Made by a program: the position numbers and the translations under genes | From: Candidatus Latescibacterota bacterium | Lineage (GTDB): Bacteria; Latescibacterota; UBA2968; UBA8231 | Assembly (NCBI GenBank): GCA_965242865.1 | Contig: CBDETK010000013.1 | Coordinates: 5,120,001 to 5,184,000, forward strand | Direction: 5' to 3' | DNA length: 64,000 nt | The notes under the pieces: model-generated | The model's database searches: none | What the model saw: the letters and a program-made list of their open reading frames with translations, nothing else | What the model was told of the DNA's origin: nothing | Shown here: positions 8,550 through 18,519 of the stretch, one piece after another | How positions within the stretch are numbered: the first letter of the stretch is position 1 | Layout of the letters: each line of letters starts with the position of its first letter

Positions 8550-9497
8550 TCAAGAGAACAGCCCCCGCGCCGCCTGCGCGACGTGCCCGGGAGTCAGGCC
8601 GTATTTTTGCAGCAAGTCCTCGTTGGGTGCGGATTCGCCGAAGGTGTCGCGGATGCCGACGCGCCGCATGGGCGTGGGGCAGCGCTCCCCGAGCACTTCG
8701 GCGACCGCGCCGCCCAAGCCGCCGATGATGGTGTGATCTTCGGCCGTCACAATGCGGCCGGTCTGCTCGGCCACGGCGACAATGGCGTCGGCGTCGAGGG
8801 GCTTGAGGGTCGGGACGTGCAAGACCAGCGCGGCGATCCCCTCGCGGGCCAATTCGTCGGCCGCGACGAGGCAGCGCGGAGTTTGGGCCCCGGTGGATAT
8901 GAGGGCGACATCCGCGCCCTCGCGCACGACCAAGGCGCGGCCCAGCTCAAACTCGTAGTCCGCTAAAAAGATGACCGGCTCTGGGTCGCGCGTCAGGCGC
9001 ACGTACACCGGGCCGGGCAGGTCGTTGGCCACCAGCATACAGGCGCGGACTTCCACGGCATCGGCCGGGGCCAAGACGGTCATATTCGGCATGGCTCGCA
9101 TGACCGAGAGGTCCGCGACTTCTTGGTGGGTTTTGCCCGTTTTGCCGGTCAGCAGGCCCGAGTAGGCCCCGCAGAGCTTGACCGGCAAGTTGGGCTGGGC
9201 CACGACGACGCGGAGCTGATCGAGGTCGCGGTTGACGATGAAGCAGGCGAAGCTGCTCAGCCACGGCACGAGCCCGCAGGTGGCCATGCCGGCCGCGACG
9301 CCCATCATGTTTTGCTCGGCAATGCCCATTTCGAGGAAGCGGTCGGGCCGCTCGCGGGAGACTGTGTCGGCCTTGGTCGAGTTGGCCAAGTCGCCGTCGA
9401 GCACATACACGCGGTCGTCGCGGTCGATGAGTTCGATGAGCGCGTCGCCAAAAGCATCGCGCTGGGCGCGCAGCTCGCCGGTGGGGGACAGGTTCAC
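8550..9497 (-). CDS. Transketolase C-terminal (pyrimidine-binding) subunit
   Basis: RDAFG, GIAEQNMMGVAAG, PGPVYVRL, LKPLD, EDH..GGLG. GTG start overlaps the upstream stop. Confidence 0.92.
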   Translation of the reverse strand: MNLSPTGELRAQRDAFGDALIELIDRDDRVYVLDGDLANSTKADTVSRERPDRFLEMGIAEQNMMGVAAGMATCGLVPWLSSFACFIVNRDLDQLRVVVAQPNLPVKLCGAYSGLLTGKTGKTHQEVADLSVMRAMPNMTVLAPADAVEVRACMLVANDLPGPVYVRLTRDPEPVIFLADYEFELGRALVVREGADVALISTGAQTPRCLVAADELAREGIAALVLHVPTLKPLDADAIVAVAEQTGRIVTAEDHTIIGGLGGAVAEVLGERCPTPMRRVGIRDTFGESAPNEDLLQKYGLTPGHVAQAARGLFS

Positions 9498-10360
9498 AGG
9501 GCGGCCTCCTGCGCGGCGAGTTCCTCCTGCGCTCGTTTGAGGTCTGGGGCGGTCACGGGTTTGGAGTGCCAGTTGAAGTCGTTTTCCATGTAGGATATTC
9601 CCTTGCCCTTGACCGTGCGGGCGACGATGATGGTGGGTTGGCCGCGATGCGCTTTGGCCGCGGCAAAGGCCGAGAAAATCGCGGGAAAGTCGTGGCCGTC
9701 GGTCTCAATGGCGTTCCAGCCAAAGGCGCGCCAGCGGCCGAGGGGGTTTTCCTGCGCGGCCAAGCGGTCGAGCGCGCCGTAGCCCTTTGCGGTGGCCCAG
9801 CCGTATTGCTGGAGGCCGTTCCAGTCGAGGATGGCGGTGAGATTGTCGAGGCCGTAGCGCACGGCGACAAAGGCCGCCTCCCAGATTTGCCCCTCCTGCG
9901 AGTCGCCGTCGCCGACCATCACCCAGGTGCGAAAGTCCTGCCCCTTCAAACGAGCGGCGAGGGCCATGCCGAGGCCGGGCGACAGCCCTTGGCCCAGCGA
10001 GCCGGTGGACATGTCGAGGCCGGGGAGGACGCTCATGTCCGGGTGGCCTTGGAGGCGGGAGTCAATCGCGTCAAAGGTGGCGAGCTCTGCAATGGGCAGA
10101 AAGCCGCGCAGGGCCAACGCCGCGTACAGGCCGATGGACGAGTGCCCCTTGGACAGGATGAAGCGGTCGCGGCCTTGGGCGCGGGGCCGGGCTGGGTCGA
10201 TGTTCAGCTCGGCGAAGTACAAGGCGATGAGCAACTCGGCCGCGGACATAGGGCCGCCCAAGTGCCCCGCCCCGGCGTGGTGTACCGACTCGACGACGAG
10301 GCGACGCAGTTGGATGGCATAGCGTTTTAGCTCGGCGTGCCGCGCTGGCGTCAGGTTCAT
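9494..10360 (-). CDS. Transketolase N-terminal (ThDP-binding) subunit
   Basis: GHLGG, DRFILSKGH, LQGHP, STGSLGQG, GDGD..EGQ.WEA...N. Confidence 0.93.
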   Translation of the reverse strand: MNLTPARHAELKRYAIQLRRLVVESVHHAGAGHLGGPMSAAELLIALYFAELNIDPARPRAQGRDRFILSKGHSSIGLYAALALRGFLPIAELATFDAIDSRLQGHPDMSVLPGLDMSTGSLGQGLSPGLGMALAARLKGQDFRTWVMVGDGDSQEGQIWEAAFVAVRYGLDNLTAILDWNGLQQYGWATAKGYGALDRLAAQENPLGRWRAFGWNAIETDGHDFPAIFSAFAAAKAHRGQPTIIVARTVKGKGISYMENDFNWHSKPVTAPDLKRAQEELAAQEAAL

Positions 10361-10412
10361 AGAAAATCTCCTTTTTGCGAACCGCTGCCGTAAGGTAGAA
10401 ATCGGCGCGGCC

Positions 10413-11414
10413 TTAGTCCAGCCACGGCGGCGTCACGCCAAAGGCCCGGCCGCACTCGGCTAGACGCTCAACGTCCTCTAAGCCGATGGGGACGCCGTCG
10501 CGGGTGTACGCTTCTTCGTTGCGGTGTTCAGGGGTGCCGGGCAGGGTGACTTCGTCGTACCCGCGCAGGGGAATCATCTGCTCGCTGGCTAGGCGCACGA
10601 GTTCATCGACGCCGTGGCGCACCTGCGGAGCGGGCGCGAAAAGGCCCAAGTCGAGCACGAGGATTAAGCTGCCCATGCGCGCGGCCGGCCACTGCGCGGC
10701 GATCGCTTGGGCGCGGTCGCTCCCTTGGCCGACAAAGGCCCCGCCGAGCAGGGTGGCGATGGCGGTGTAGCCCATGGACTTAAAAAAAGCCGCTGGGATT
10801 ACCTCTTCTATGGCTTCGATCGGCTCGCCGCGCTGGTAGTCGGCGAGGATGCAGGTGGCCACGTCGAGGACCACCGGCGGCCCTTCGCGCCCGGGCAGGC
10901 CAAAGCACAAGGGCGGGTTGCCGTAGTGAGCGGCGCGCTCGCCGTCGTTGCTGGGGTAGTACTGAGGGGAGGCCGCTTGTACCGAAAAACCAACGCAGTT
11001 TTCCGCCATGGCGCGGCGCACGTAGTGCCCGGCCGAGCCGTAGTGGCCAATGTGGCAGGCCGCGCCAATGGCGAGCCCTTTTTCCTTGGCCTTGGCGATG
11101 GCCCGGTCTGCGGCCAGCATGGTCGGCGCGTACCCGAGGCTGCCGTCGCCATCGACCAACACGTGGGTGTCGCTTTCGCGCAGGACGCGGATGTCTGGGG
11201 TGGGGTTGGCCTTTTTGTCGCGGAGCGTCCGGCAATACCCGTACAGGGCGCGGGTGCCGTGCGAGCGCACGCCGCGCAAGTCCGAATTGGTCAGTAGGTC
11301 GGCCAACTGGGCGGCGTGGGTGGCAGACAGGCCGGCCGCCCGTAGGCAGGCCGTGCCAAAGGCTCTGAGGTCGGCGGCGGCAATGCGTTTGAATTCTGCG
11401 GGGGGGCGATTCAT
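10413..11414 (-). CDS. Ldh_2 family oxidoreductase (malate/L-lactate/sulfolactate dehydrogenase-like)
   Basis: SDLRGVRSHG, VDGDGSLG, HYGSAGHY, GNPPL, LDVAT, LPG..E. Confidence 0.88.
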   Translation of the reverse strand: MNRPPAEFKRIAAADLRAFGTACLRAAGLSATHAAQLADLLTNSDLRGVRSHGTRALYGYCRTLRDKKANPTPDIRVLRESDTHVLVDGDGSLGYAPTMLAADRAIAKAKEKGLAIGAACHIGHYGSAGHYVRRAMAENCVGFSVQAASPQYYPSNDGERAAHYGNPPLCFGLPGREGPPVVLDVATCILADYQRGEPIEAIEEVIPAAFFKSMGYTAIATLLGGAFVGQGSDRAQAIAAQWPAARMGSLILVLDLGLFAPAPQVRHGVDELVRLASEQMIPLRGYDEVTLPGTPEHRNEEAYTRDGVPIGLEDVERLAECGRAFGVTPPWLD

Positions 11415-11443
11415 AAAAGTCTCCTGTGGGCGTTAGAGCAAAA

Positions 11444-12739
11444 TTAGGGCTGTTGTTGCAGGGCGTCGAGCAGGTGCTGGACCTTGGGGCGCAGGGCCCC
11501 GGCGGCCGCGCTGAGTGCTAGGCTGCGGTGCAACGCCTGTTCGGCGGTCGCGCGGTCCCCCTTGCTGAACAGGCCCAAGCCGAGCAGATACCAGCCCTCG
11601 GCGTCGTCTGGGCGCACCGCTGTTGCGCGGCGGCAGTGGGCGACGGCCTCGTCGTAGCGCCCGAGCTGGCCGGCGATGTGGCCGGCCTTGAGCAAGGAGG
11701 GAAAATGCGCGGGGTCTTGGGCGAGGGCGACCTGTGCGTAGCGGAGTGCCGCTTCGGGCTGTTGCAGCTTCATCAGGTCGCTGGACAAGCGGTTGAGCAG
11801 GGCGAGGTCCCCGGGGCGCAGGGCGACGGCCCGGTCGAATTTGTTCTCGGCTTGGGCAAAGTACCCGTGCCGGACGAAAAACAGGCCGAGGTTGTAGTGA
11901 TGGGCCGCTTCTTCGGGCGCGTTGAGGATGGCGGCGCGCAGCCGCTTGACCTCCTTGCCGCTGAGCGCTCGGAGGTGCTCAAAATTTTTCAGGGCCTGCT
12001 GGGCCAAGGAGTCGCGCCCGGCTTGGCGGGCGAGGGTGGCGAGGCGATAGAACGCGTCGGCAAAGCCGATGTCGAGCCCCGTGGCGCGCTGCAAGGCCGC
12101 TAGGGCCTCGGCTGGCCGATTTTCAGCCGCCAGACTTTGGCCGAGGTAGTAGTAGAGCGTGGCGTCGTCGGGAAAGAGGCGCAGGGCTTCGCGTAGCTCG
12201 CGGGTGGCCTCGGCATAGCGTCCGGTGGCCAAGTAAAGCTCGCCCAAGCGCCGGCGCACTGGCGAGTTGTCGGAGTGGAGCTGGACGGCGCGCTGGAGAT
12301 AGGGCGCGGCGCGATCGTACTGGCCCAACTTGGTGTAAATCCCGCCGAGGTTTACAAAGCCCATGGCGTAGTCGGGCTGGAGGCGGACGGTTGTTTCGAG
12401 GGCTTCGATGGCGAGGGCATAGCGGCCCTGCGCTGCGTGGGACGAGGCCAGCACGTTGTGGAGGGCTGCATTCGTGGAGTCGAGGGCTAGCCCGGCGCGG
12501 GCAGCGGCCGCCGCTTCTTCAAAGCGGGTCGCTGCAAAGTGAGCGCGGGCGCGGGCGAGGTGACTGGCCGGCGCGGGTGCCGGCGTTGGCTCGGACGCGC
12601 AGGCGGCGAGCGCGCAGGCCGCGCCGATGAGTCGCCCCCTAAGTACGCGCCCCTTGCTTTGCGTCCGGGATCGACGAGGGCAAGATGCCCTCGATCCTTG
12701 CAAGGCGGAGGCTGGTGTCGGGTAGTAAAGTCGCCCCAT
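11444..12739 (-). CDS. TPR-repeat (lipo)protein
   Basis: Many TPR units and a lipobox-like LAAC. Start uncertain; nearest ATG after the upstream stop is at 12739. Confidence 0.75.
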   Translation of the reverse strand: MGRLYYPTPASALQGSRASCPRRSRTQSKGRVLRGRLIGAACALAACASEPTPAPAPASHLARARAHFAATRFEEAAAAARAGLALDSTNAALHNVLASSHAAQGRYALAIEALETTVRLQPDYAMGFVNLGGIYTKLGQYDRAAPYLQRAVQLHSDNSPVRRRLGELYLATGRYAEATRELREALRLFPDDATLYYYLGQSLAAENRPAEALAALQRATGLDIGFADAFYRLATLARQAGRDSLAQQALKNFEHLRALSGKEVKRLRAAILNAPEEAAHHYNLGLFFVRHGYFAQAENKFDRAVALRPGDLALLNRLSSDLMKLQQPEAALRYAQVALAQDPAHFPSLLKAGHIAGQLGRYDEAVAHCRRATAVRPDDAEGWYLLGLGLFSKGDRATAEQALHRSLALSAAAGALRPKVQHLLDALQQQP

Positions 12740-12743
12740 CAGC

Positions 12744-14999
12744 TCAGGGCTGCTCGACAAAGCGGTGGAAGCGGTCGATTTCCAAGTCGGCATGCACTTG
12801 CTGCGCGCCGGAGGGCCAGCGGATTTCGAGGGTGTCAACGCGGGTGCGCGCCCCCAAGCCGAGGGCTGGTGCCAAGCTGTTGGACGACCCAAAGCCCGGA
12901 CCGCTGCTGACTTCGGCGACCCCGAGCAAATCTTGGGCGCGCCACCGCAACTGCGCGCCAATGGCTTGCGGACCCAAATCCACCCCGAGGAAGTGGTTGG
13001 GGTGGCCCTCGTTGCGGTACAGGCTGTTGGCCCACAGGTCGCCGGGGTAGTGGCCGCCGACCGCTGTATAGAGGTCGAGGTCGCCGTCGAGGTCGTAGTC
13101 GGCAAACCCCGCGCCGTGCCCCTTGCCCGGATTGCCCACGCCGGCCGCGACCGTGACGTCGGCAAAGCGGTCGCCGCGGTTGTGGAACAGCGCGTTAGGC
13201 TCAAAGCGCGTCATTAAGGGGCCGCCGTTGGTCAGGTAGAGGTCGATCTGGCCGTCGTAATCTACGTCGCCATAGCCCGCGCCCATTGAGCCAAAGGAGC
13301 GGGCCAGCCCCTGCTGCTGGGCGATGTCGCGGAAGGTGGCCCCGTCGTTGCGGTACAAATAGGCCCGGGTCGGCCGCAAGGCCAGCCCGGTGACCTGCGA
13401 CTGCACGATGTCTTCGTAGAAGTTCATGGCCGAGACGAACAGGTCGCGGTCGCCGTCGCCATCGCTGTCGATAAAAAACCCCACGTAGCTGCCCTCGCCC
13501 GGTTTGCCCACGCCGGCCGCGGCCGTGACGTCGCGGAAGGTGGCCCCGTCGTTGCGGTAGAGGCGGTTGGGGGCGGCCACGTCAATGGCGTAGAGGTCGC
13601 TGTCGCCATCGTGGTCGTAGTCGCCGCAGGTCACGCCGAGGGTTTTGCCGCGATAGGCCACGCCGGCGCGTGCGCCGCGGTCGGCAAAAGTGCCGTCGCC
13701 TTGGTTGTGGTACAGGCGATTGGGCCGCCCGCTGCCGGTGATGCCCGAGGCCACGTACAGGTCCGGCAGACCGTCGTTGTCGTAGTCGGTCCAGACGGCC
13801 ATGAAGCTGTCGTCGGCGCCGGCGACTCCGGCTTGGGGCGCGACCTCGGCAAAGGTCCCGTCGCCTCGATTGCGGTAGAGCGAATTGGGCGCGCGGCCCT
13901 CCCAAGCCTCGCGGGTGGCAAAGAGGTCCGGGTAGCCATCGCCGTCGTAGTCTGCGGCAATGGCCGCCCAGCCGCCGCGCGGGTCTGCGAGATCCGCGGC
14001 GGCCGACACATCGGCAAAGCGGCCCTCGCCGTCGTTGCGGTAGAGCGCGTGTGGGGCTTGGATGCCCGCGGCAAACAGGTCGGGGTCGCCGTCGCGGTCG
14101 TAGTCGAGCCACGCCACGCCGCGCCCCCGGTCGCGCTTGCCCACGCCGGTTGTTGCGGCCACATCGGTAAAGCGCACGGGCGACGCCTCGGCCAGCGGTG
14201 CCAAGCCAATCTGATAGGCCGGTTCGAGATCGCCCGGGTACGCGCCGTAAGCCTCGATGTAGGCCAGTCGCAGATTCCACTGGCGCACGGTGCGCTGGGG
14301 CGAGGCTGGCGGCAGGACATCGATGGCGCGCTTGTACGCGGCCACGGCCTCGGGATATTGGCGCAAGTGGTGGTGGGCCGCGCCCAACAGGAAGGATAGG
14401 TACACGTCGGTTGGCCGCTCGGCGAGCAAGCGGTCGAAGCGGTCGGCCGCGCCGGCAAAATCGCCCAAGCGCAAGAGCGAGGCCGCCTTGCCCGCCCGCG
14501 CTCGGTAGTGCTTGGGATCGACCGCGAGGATGGCTTCGTACTGGGCGAGGGCCCCCGCGGCGTCGGGTTGGTCTTGGGTCATCAGGAGGTCCGCGTACGC
14601 CATGCAGGCGACCGCGTTGCCCGGGAAGGCCGCCACGAGGGCGTCAAAAAGGGCGCGGGCCTCGGCTGGACGCCCGAGTTTGTCGAGGGTTTGGGCCAAC
14701 TGCAACCGGGCCTCCATGCGCTCGGGCGCGAGCTGTTGGGCGCGGGCGAGCGGCGCCAGGGCGCGTTGGTAGCGCCGTTGCCGCAGGTAGATTTCCCCCA
14801 GCGCGAGCGCGGCCTCGTAGTGCAGGGTATCGCGCCGGACGAGTGCTTCGAGGACGTGGGCGGCTGAGTCCAACCGGCCGGCCGCTCGGTGTTGGAGGGC
14901 CTGTTCGTAGCGTTGCGCGCTCTGCGCGGGAAGGGGCGGCTCAGAGGCACAGCCCACCAAGGCAGCGAGCGCGAGACCTAGGCTTGGCAGTGGATACAT
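12744..14999 (-). CDS. TPR + FG-GAP/VCBS repeat + ASPIC/UnbV (CRTAC1-like) lipoprotein
   Basis: Lipobox LVGC, N-terminal TPRs, repeated DYDxDGDxDL and LYRNxGDGTF motifs, C-terminal LG...VDTLEIRWPSG. Confidence 0.88.
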   Translation of the reverse strand: MYPLPSLGLALAALVGCASEPPLPAQSAQRYEQALQHRAAGRLDSAAHVLEALVRRDTLHYEAALALGEIYLRQRRYQRALAPLARAQQLAPERMEARLQLAQTLDKLGRPAEARALFDALVAAFPGNAVACMAYADLLMTQDQPDAAGALAQYEAILAVDPKHYRARAGKAASLLRLGDFAGAADRFDRLLAERPTDVYLSFLLGAAHHHLRQYPEAVAAYKRAIDVLPPASPQRTVRQWNLRLAYIEAYGAYPGDLEPAYQIGLAPLAEASPVRFTDVAATTGVGKRDRGRGVAWLDYDRDGDPDLFAAGIQAPHALYRNDGEGRFADVSAAADLADPRGGWAAIAADYDGDGYPDLFATREAWEGRAPNSLYRNRGDGTFAEVAPQAGVAGADDSFMAVWTDYDNDGLPDLYVASGITGSGRPNRLYHNQGDGTFADRGARAGVAYRGKTLGVTCGDYDHDGDSDLYAIDVAAPNRLYRNDGATFRDVTAAAGVGKPGEGSYVGFFIDSDGDGDRDLFVSAMNFYEDIVQSQVTGLALRPTRAYLYRNDGATFRDIAQQQGLARSFGSMGAGYGDVDYDGQIDLYLTNGGPLMTRFEPNALFHNRGDRFADVTVAAGVGNPGKGHGAGFADYDLDGDLDLYTAVGGHYPGDLWANSLYRNEGHPNHFLGVDLGPQAIGAQLRWRAQDLLGVAEVSSGPGFGSSNSLAPALGLGARTRVDTLEIRWPSGAQQVHADLEIDRFHRFVEQP

Positions 15000-15111
15000 G
15001 TTGCAGCGCATAGTGTACGAATTGAGCGGGGCGTTGGCGAGAGGCGGTTGATTCACCGCGTGTTGTGCGCTATACTGTTGCCGAATGAAAAACTCTGCGG
15101 AGGTACGCGCG

Positions 15112-15564
15112 ATGAAACAATGGACGTGGCTGGCCCTCGCCAGCCTTTTGACGGTCTGGAGCTGCGGCTCGGAGGAAGCCGTTCAATCGACGCCCGATTA
15201 CGCCGAGGCTTGGGTCGGCGAATACGAAGGCACCGGGGATTTTGCCCTGTCCAACGGCGTCAGCGGGCAGGATCGCCCGGTTTCACTGAGCATTGTGCGG
15301 GTTTCCCCCAAGCAGATCACCGTGGTTGCCCGATTGGTCTATGGCGAGGGCCGCAACGATTTCACCCAAACAATCGACATTCTCCAGCCCGACGATCCCG
15401 AGCAAATTACCTTGGAGGCGCGCTACCTCAATGCCAAGACGGTCTATGCCCTCACCAAAGAAGGCGACGCGATCACCGGCTCCATCGCCAAGAGTTCGCT
15501 GCGGCTCGGAGGAACTTGGGGCCAAGATCAGATCATGACCGCGCTGGCGGTCGTCCGGCAGTAG
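15112..15564 (+). CDS. Hypothetical lipoprotein
   Basis: GGAGG RBS, signal peptide ending VWSC, beta-rich mature region. Confidence 0.7.
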   Translation: MKQWTWLALASLLTVWSCGSEEAVQSTPDYAEAWVGEYEGTGDFALSNGVSGQDRPVSLSIVRVSPKQITVVARLVYGEGRNDFTQTIDILQPDDPEQITLEARYLNAKTVYALTKEGDAITGSIAKSSLRLGGTWGQDQIMTALAVVRQ

Positions 15565-15593
15565 TGCTCTCCGCCCCCCCCCACCGCAAATAA

Positions 15594-16820
15594 GTGTCGC
15601 GTCGTCTCTTTTACATCGGAGCCGCCGCGCTGGCGCTGGCCCTCGGCTTGGGCGGCTCGCACTGGTACGCGCAATACCGGGCCACGGCCGCGCAAAAAGC
15701 CGTTGAGCAAGGCGACCGCTTGCGCGCCCAAGGCCAGATGGACGAAGCAGCCGGCCACTACGAGCAGGCCGTTGAGCTCGCGCCAGACCTCGCCCAAGCC
15801 CATAGCAATCTAGGCGTGACCCAAGCGGCACTAGAACGCTTTGACGCCGCGATCCCCCACTTTGAACAGGCACTGACGCTGGCCCCAGCGCACTTTGAGG
15901 CGCGGATTGGCTTGGCGGTTTCGCTCGACGGGTTGGGCCGTTTTTTAGCGGCCGAGAAAAGCTATAAGCAGGCCCTCGCGCTGCGGCCCGACTTTGGAGC
16001 GGTGTACTACAACCTCGGCTATCTCTACCAGCAACAGGGCCTGTACGCCGAGGCCGCTGCTCAGTACGAAGAAGCCGTGCGCTTGGAGCCGACCTTTCTG
16101 CAAGCCCGGGCCAATTTGGGCTGGGTCTATCACCGGCAGCACCGCCCGGGCGAGGCCATTGCCGAGTATCAGCGCGCCCTCGCAGACCACCCGGACGAAG
16201 GGCTGGTACACGCGCGCTTGGGCGAGAGCTACATGGCCTTGAGCCAATACGAGGAAGCGCGGGCGGCCTATCGGCGAGCGATGGAACTCGGCGTTGAGAA
16301 GGCCAGCGCGTTTTACGACCTCGGCGTTATCAGCGAGCAGGAAGGCCAGCTCGAAGCGGCGCGGAGTTACTTTCATCAAGCCCTGCTCAAGGACGCGGCC
16401 CACGCCGGTTCCTATCACCGCTTAGGCGCGGTGACGGCCAAGCTGGGACACGAGGAACAGGCCGCTACTTATTACTTGGAGGCCATAAAGCGCGACCCCG
16501 GCCACGCGGGCGCTCACTACAGCTTGGCCCAGCTTTACCTCAAGCAGGGCCGCAGCAACGAGGGCCGCGAGCTGATGGGGGTCTTTGCCAAGCTCAAGGA
16601 ATACGAGGGCCGGCTCGCCAGCCTCAAACGGGCTGTGAGTCGGTCGCCGCGCTCCCCGGAGGCCGCGTACAACGTGGGGCTGCTTCACTTAGAGTTTGGG
16701 TACGTCAACAAGGCGGCCGCGGCCTTTGAGCAGCTCCTCAAACTCCACCCCGAATTCTCGGCCGCGCAGGAGCGGCTCGCCGAAATCGAGCGGGTGCGGG
16801 CCGCGCATCGCGCAGGTTGA
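15594..16820 (+). CDS. Membrane-anchored TPR-repeat protein
   Basis: N-terminal hydrophobic segment followed by about 10 canonical TPRs (AHSNLG, VYYNLG, ARANLG). Confidence 0.88.
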   Translation: MSRRLFYIGAAALALALGLGGSHWYAQYRATAAQKAVEQGDRLRAQGQMDEAAGHYEQAVELAPDLAQAHSNLGVTQAALERFDAAIPHFEQALTLAPAHFEARIGLAVSLDGLGRFLAAEKSYKQALALRPDFGAVYYNLGYLYQQQGLYAEAAAQYEEAVRLEPTFLQARANLGWVYHRQHRPGEAIAEYQRALADHPDEGLVHARLGESYMALSQYEEARAAYRRAMELGVEKASAFYDLGVISEQEGQLEAARSYFHQALLKDAAHAGSYHRLGAVTAKLGHEEQAATYYLEAIKRDPGHAGAHYSLAQLYLKQGRSNEGRELMGVFAKLKEYEGRLASLKRAVSRSPRSPEAAYNVGLLHLEFGYVNKAAAAFEQLLKLHPEFSAAQERLAEIERVRAAHRAG

Positions 16821-16948
16821 GCGGTCTGCTCCGCAAATCCTACCTTGGGGCGTGTTGAACAAGCCGTAGAGCTGGTCGCCGTCCTTCCCGCTCGGCTCCT
16901 CAGCCCGTCGTCTCAACCCATGCAAGCCGGGCAGGTGAATCTCCACGC

Positions 16949-17583
16949 CTACCGAATACCCAGCGCGATGCCCTCTGGATTAGTCAATCCTGTGACGCGG
17001 TCTTGGACGTTTGAGTTTAAGCCATCCATATCGGCCCACTGAATTTTACCCGTGCCCCGGTCCGCCCAGTACATCTTTCTGTTCACCAAATCCAGCGCGA
17101 TACCCGATGGATCACCCAATCCTGTGACGAGGTATTCGGGGTTTTGGCCATCCAGATCGGCCCGCCGAATCTTATTCGTGGCATAGTTCGTCCAGTACAT
17201 CTTTTCGCCATCCAGCGCGATGCCGATGCCCGATGGACCAATCGTTCCTAGAGCGCGGCGGTCTTGGACGTTTGAGTTTAAGTCATCCATATCGGCCCAC
17301 TGAATCTTATCACTGCCCCAGTTCGTCCAGTACATCTTTCTGTTCACCAAATCCAGCGCGATGCCCTCTGGATCACCCAATGCCGTGACGCGTTGGCCAT
17401 CTAGGTCGGCCCTCCGAATCTTATCATTGCTCCAGTCTGTCCAGTACATCTTTCTGTTCACCAAATCCAGCGCGATGCCCTCTGGCGCCGGCGTCGATCC
17501 CGTGGGGAGGTCCTCGACGTTTGAGTTTAAGCCATCCATATCGGCCCGCTGAATCTTATCCGTGGTCCAGTCCGTCCAGTATA
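16949..17583 (-). pseudogene. C-terminal remnant of LDL-receptor class B (YWTD) repeat protein
   Basis: Repeated PEGIALD..NRKMYWTD/N...KI.RADLDG units. The frame continues (IYWTDWTTDKIQRAD) up to the IS terminal repeat, with no start or signal peptide. Confidence 0.82.
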
Positions 17584-18473
17584 TAACTAATGGTGCTAGT
17601 ATGTTGACCGTGGTCCCGGTAGTTCCTACGCTGAGGGTATCTCACCTTTCAGCCCCGGAGCGTCCTGATGACCACGGCCGAGTTTATAATAGCCCTATTC
17701 TACCGTATTGACAATCAGATGCTTGATGTGCGCAAACATCCGCAAGCGTCCTTATATCCGAGTGAGGTCGTCACCTTAGGGGTGTTGTATGCGCTCAAAG
17801 GCGGGGGTAAACGGGCATTTTACCACGGGCTGGTGCGGGACTGGCAGGCTTGGTTCCCGCGCCTACCATCGCGCACCCGCTTGTTTCGCTTATTCGCCGC
17901 TCATGCCGAGTGGACCGACCGCTTCCGCGCCGCGCCGACGACCTTGGGAGTGGTCGACAGCTATGGCATTGAGTTGCGCCATCCGGTGCGTCAAGGCCGG
18001 GCGCAGCACGCCATTGGGAAGAAAGGGCTCTCCAATCACCGTTGGATCGTCGGCGGTAAGCTATGGATGATCGTCAATCAGTGGGGGCGGATCGTTGATT
18101 GGGATTGGAATACAGCATAAGTCCACGATACGGTCTTTCATCCGATGATCCGACGCTTCCAACAGCAGATGATCCTCTTCAGCGACCCAGGCTTTCATGC
18201 CCAAGCCGGTAATCCGGCCAACCTGAAAGTCTGTCCTCGCAACACGTGGAACGAGCGGATGCTCATTGAGACCGTCTTTTCTATGCTCACCCGAACCCGC
18301 CGCTTTAAGCAGCAGACCCATCGAGCGTGGGCGTATTTCACCGCCCATCTCCGCTTCGCCATGGCCGCCTTCAACCTGCTGGTGCAGTGGCATGGATTCC
18401 AACCCGATGAAAACGGATTCGTCCCATTGTCTATTGCCGAGTTCGGATTGTAAAACACTAGCACCATTAGTTA
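17584..18473 (+). mobile_element. IS982-like insertion sequence
   Basis: Perfect 17-bp inverted repeats TAACTAATGGTGCTAGT (17584-17600) and ACTAGCACCATTAGTTA (18457-18473) around a DDE transposase. Family assignment is tentative. Confidence 0.82.
17668..18453 (+). pseudogene. Transposase with in-frame stop at 18118-18120
   Basis: ORFs 17668-18120 and 18145-18453 share one frame (..WNTA*VHDTVFHP..). Motifs VVDSYGIEL, SDPGF, ERMLIETVFS. Confidence 0.85.
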
Positions 18474-18519
18474 GTAACTTCGCCAAGTCGTCGCCCGATA
18501 GGTCGCGGGGCAGTCTCAT
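18474..18519 (-). pseudogene. HicA-like toxin 5' stub truncated by IS
   Basis: MRLPRDLSGDDLAKLL, a typical HicA N-terminus. ATGA overlap with the hicB-like stop; runs into the IS inverted repeat. Confidence 0.7.

Noticed and set aside
16990-17560. Recurring 30-35 bp repeats resembling a CRISPR array
   Set aside because: They encode YWTD propeller blades in one frame, and spacing is irregular and long.
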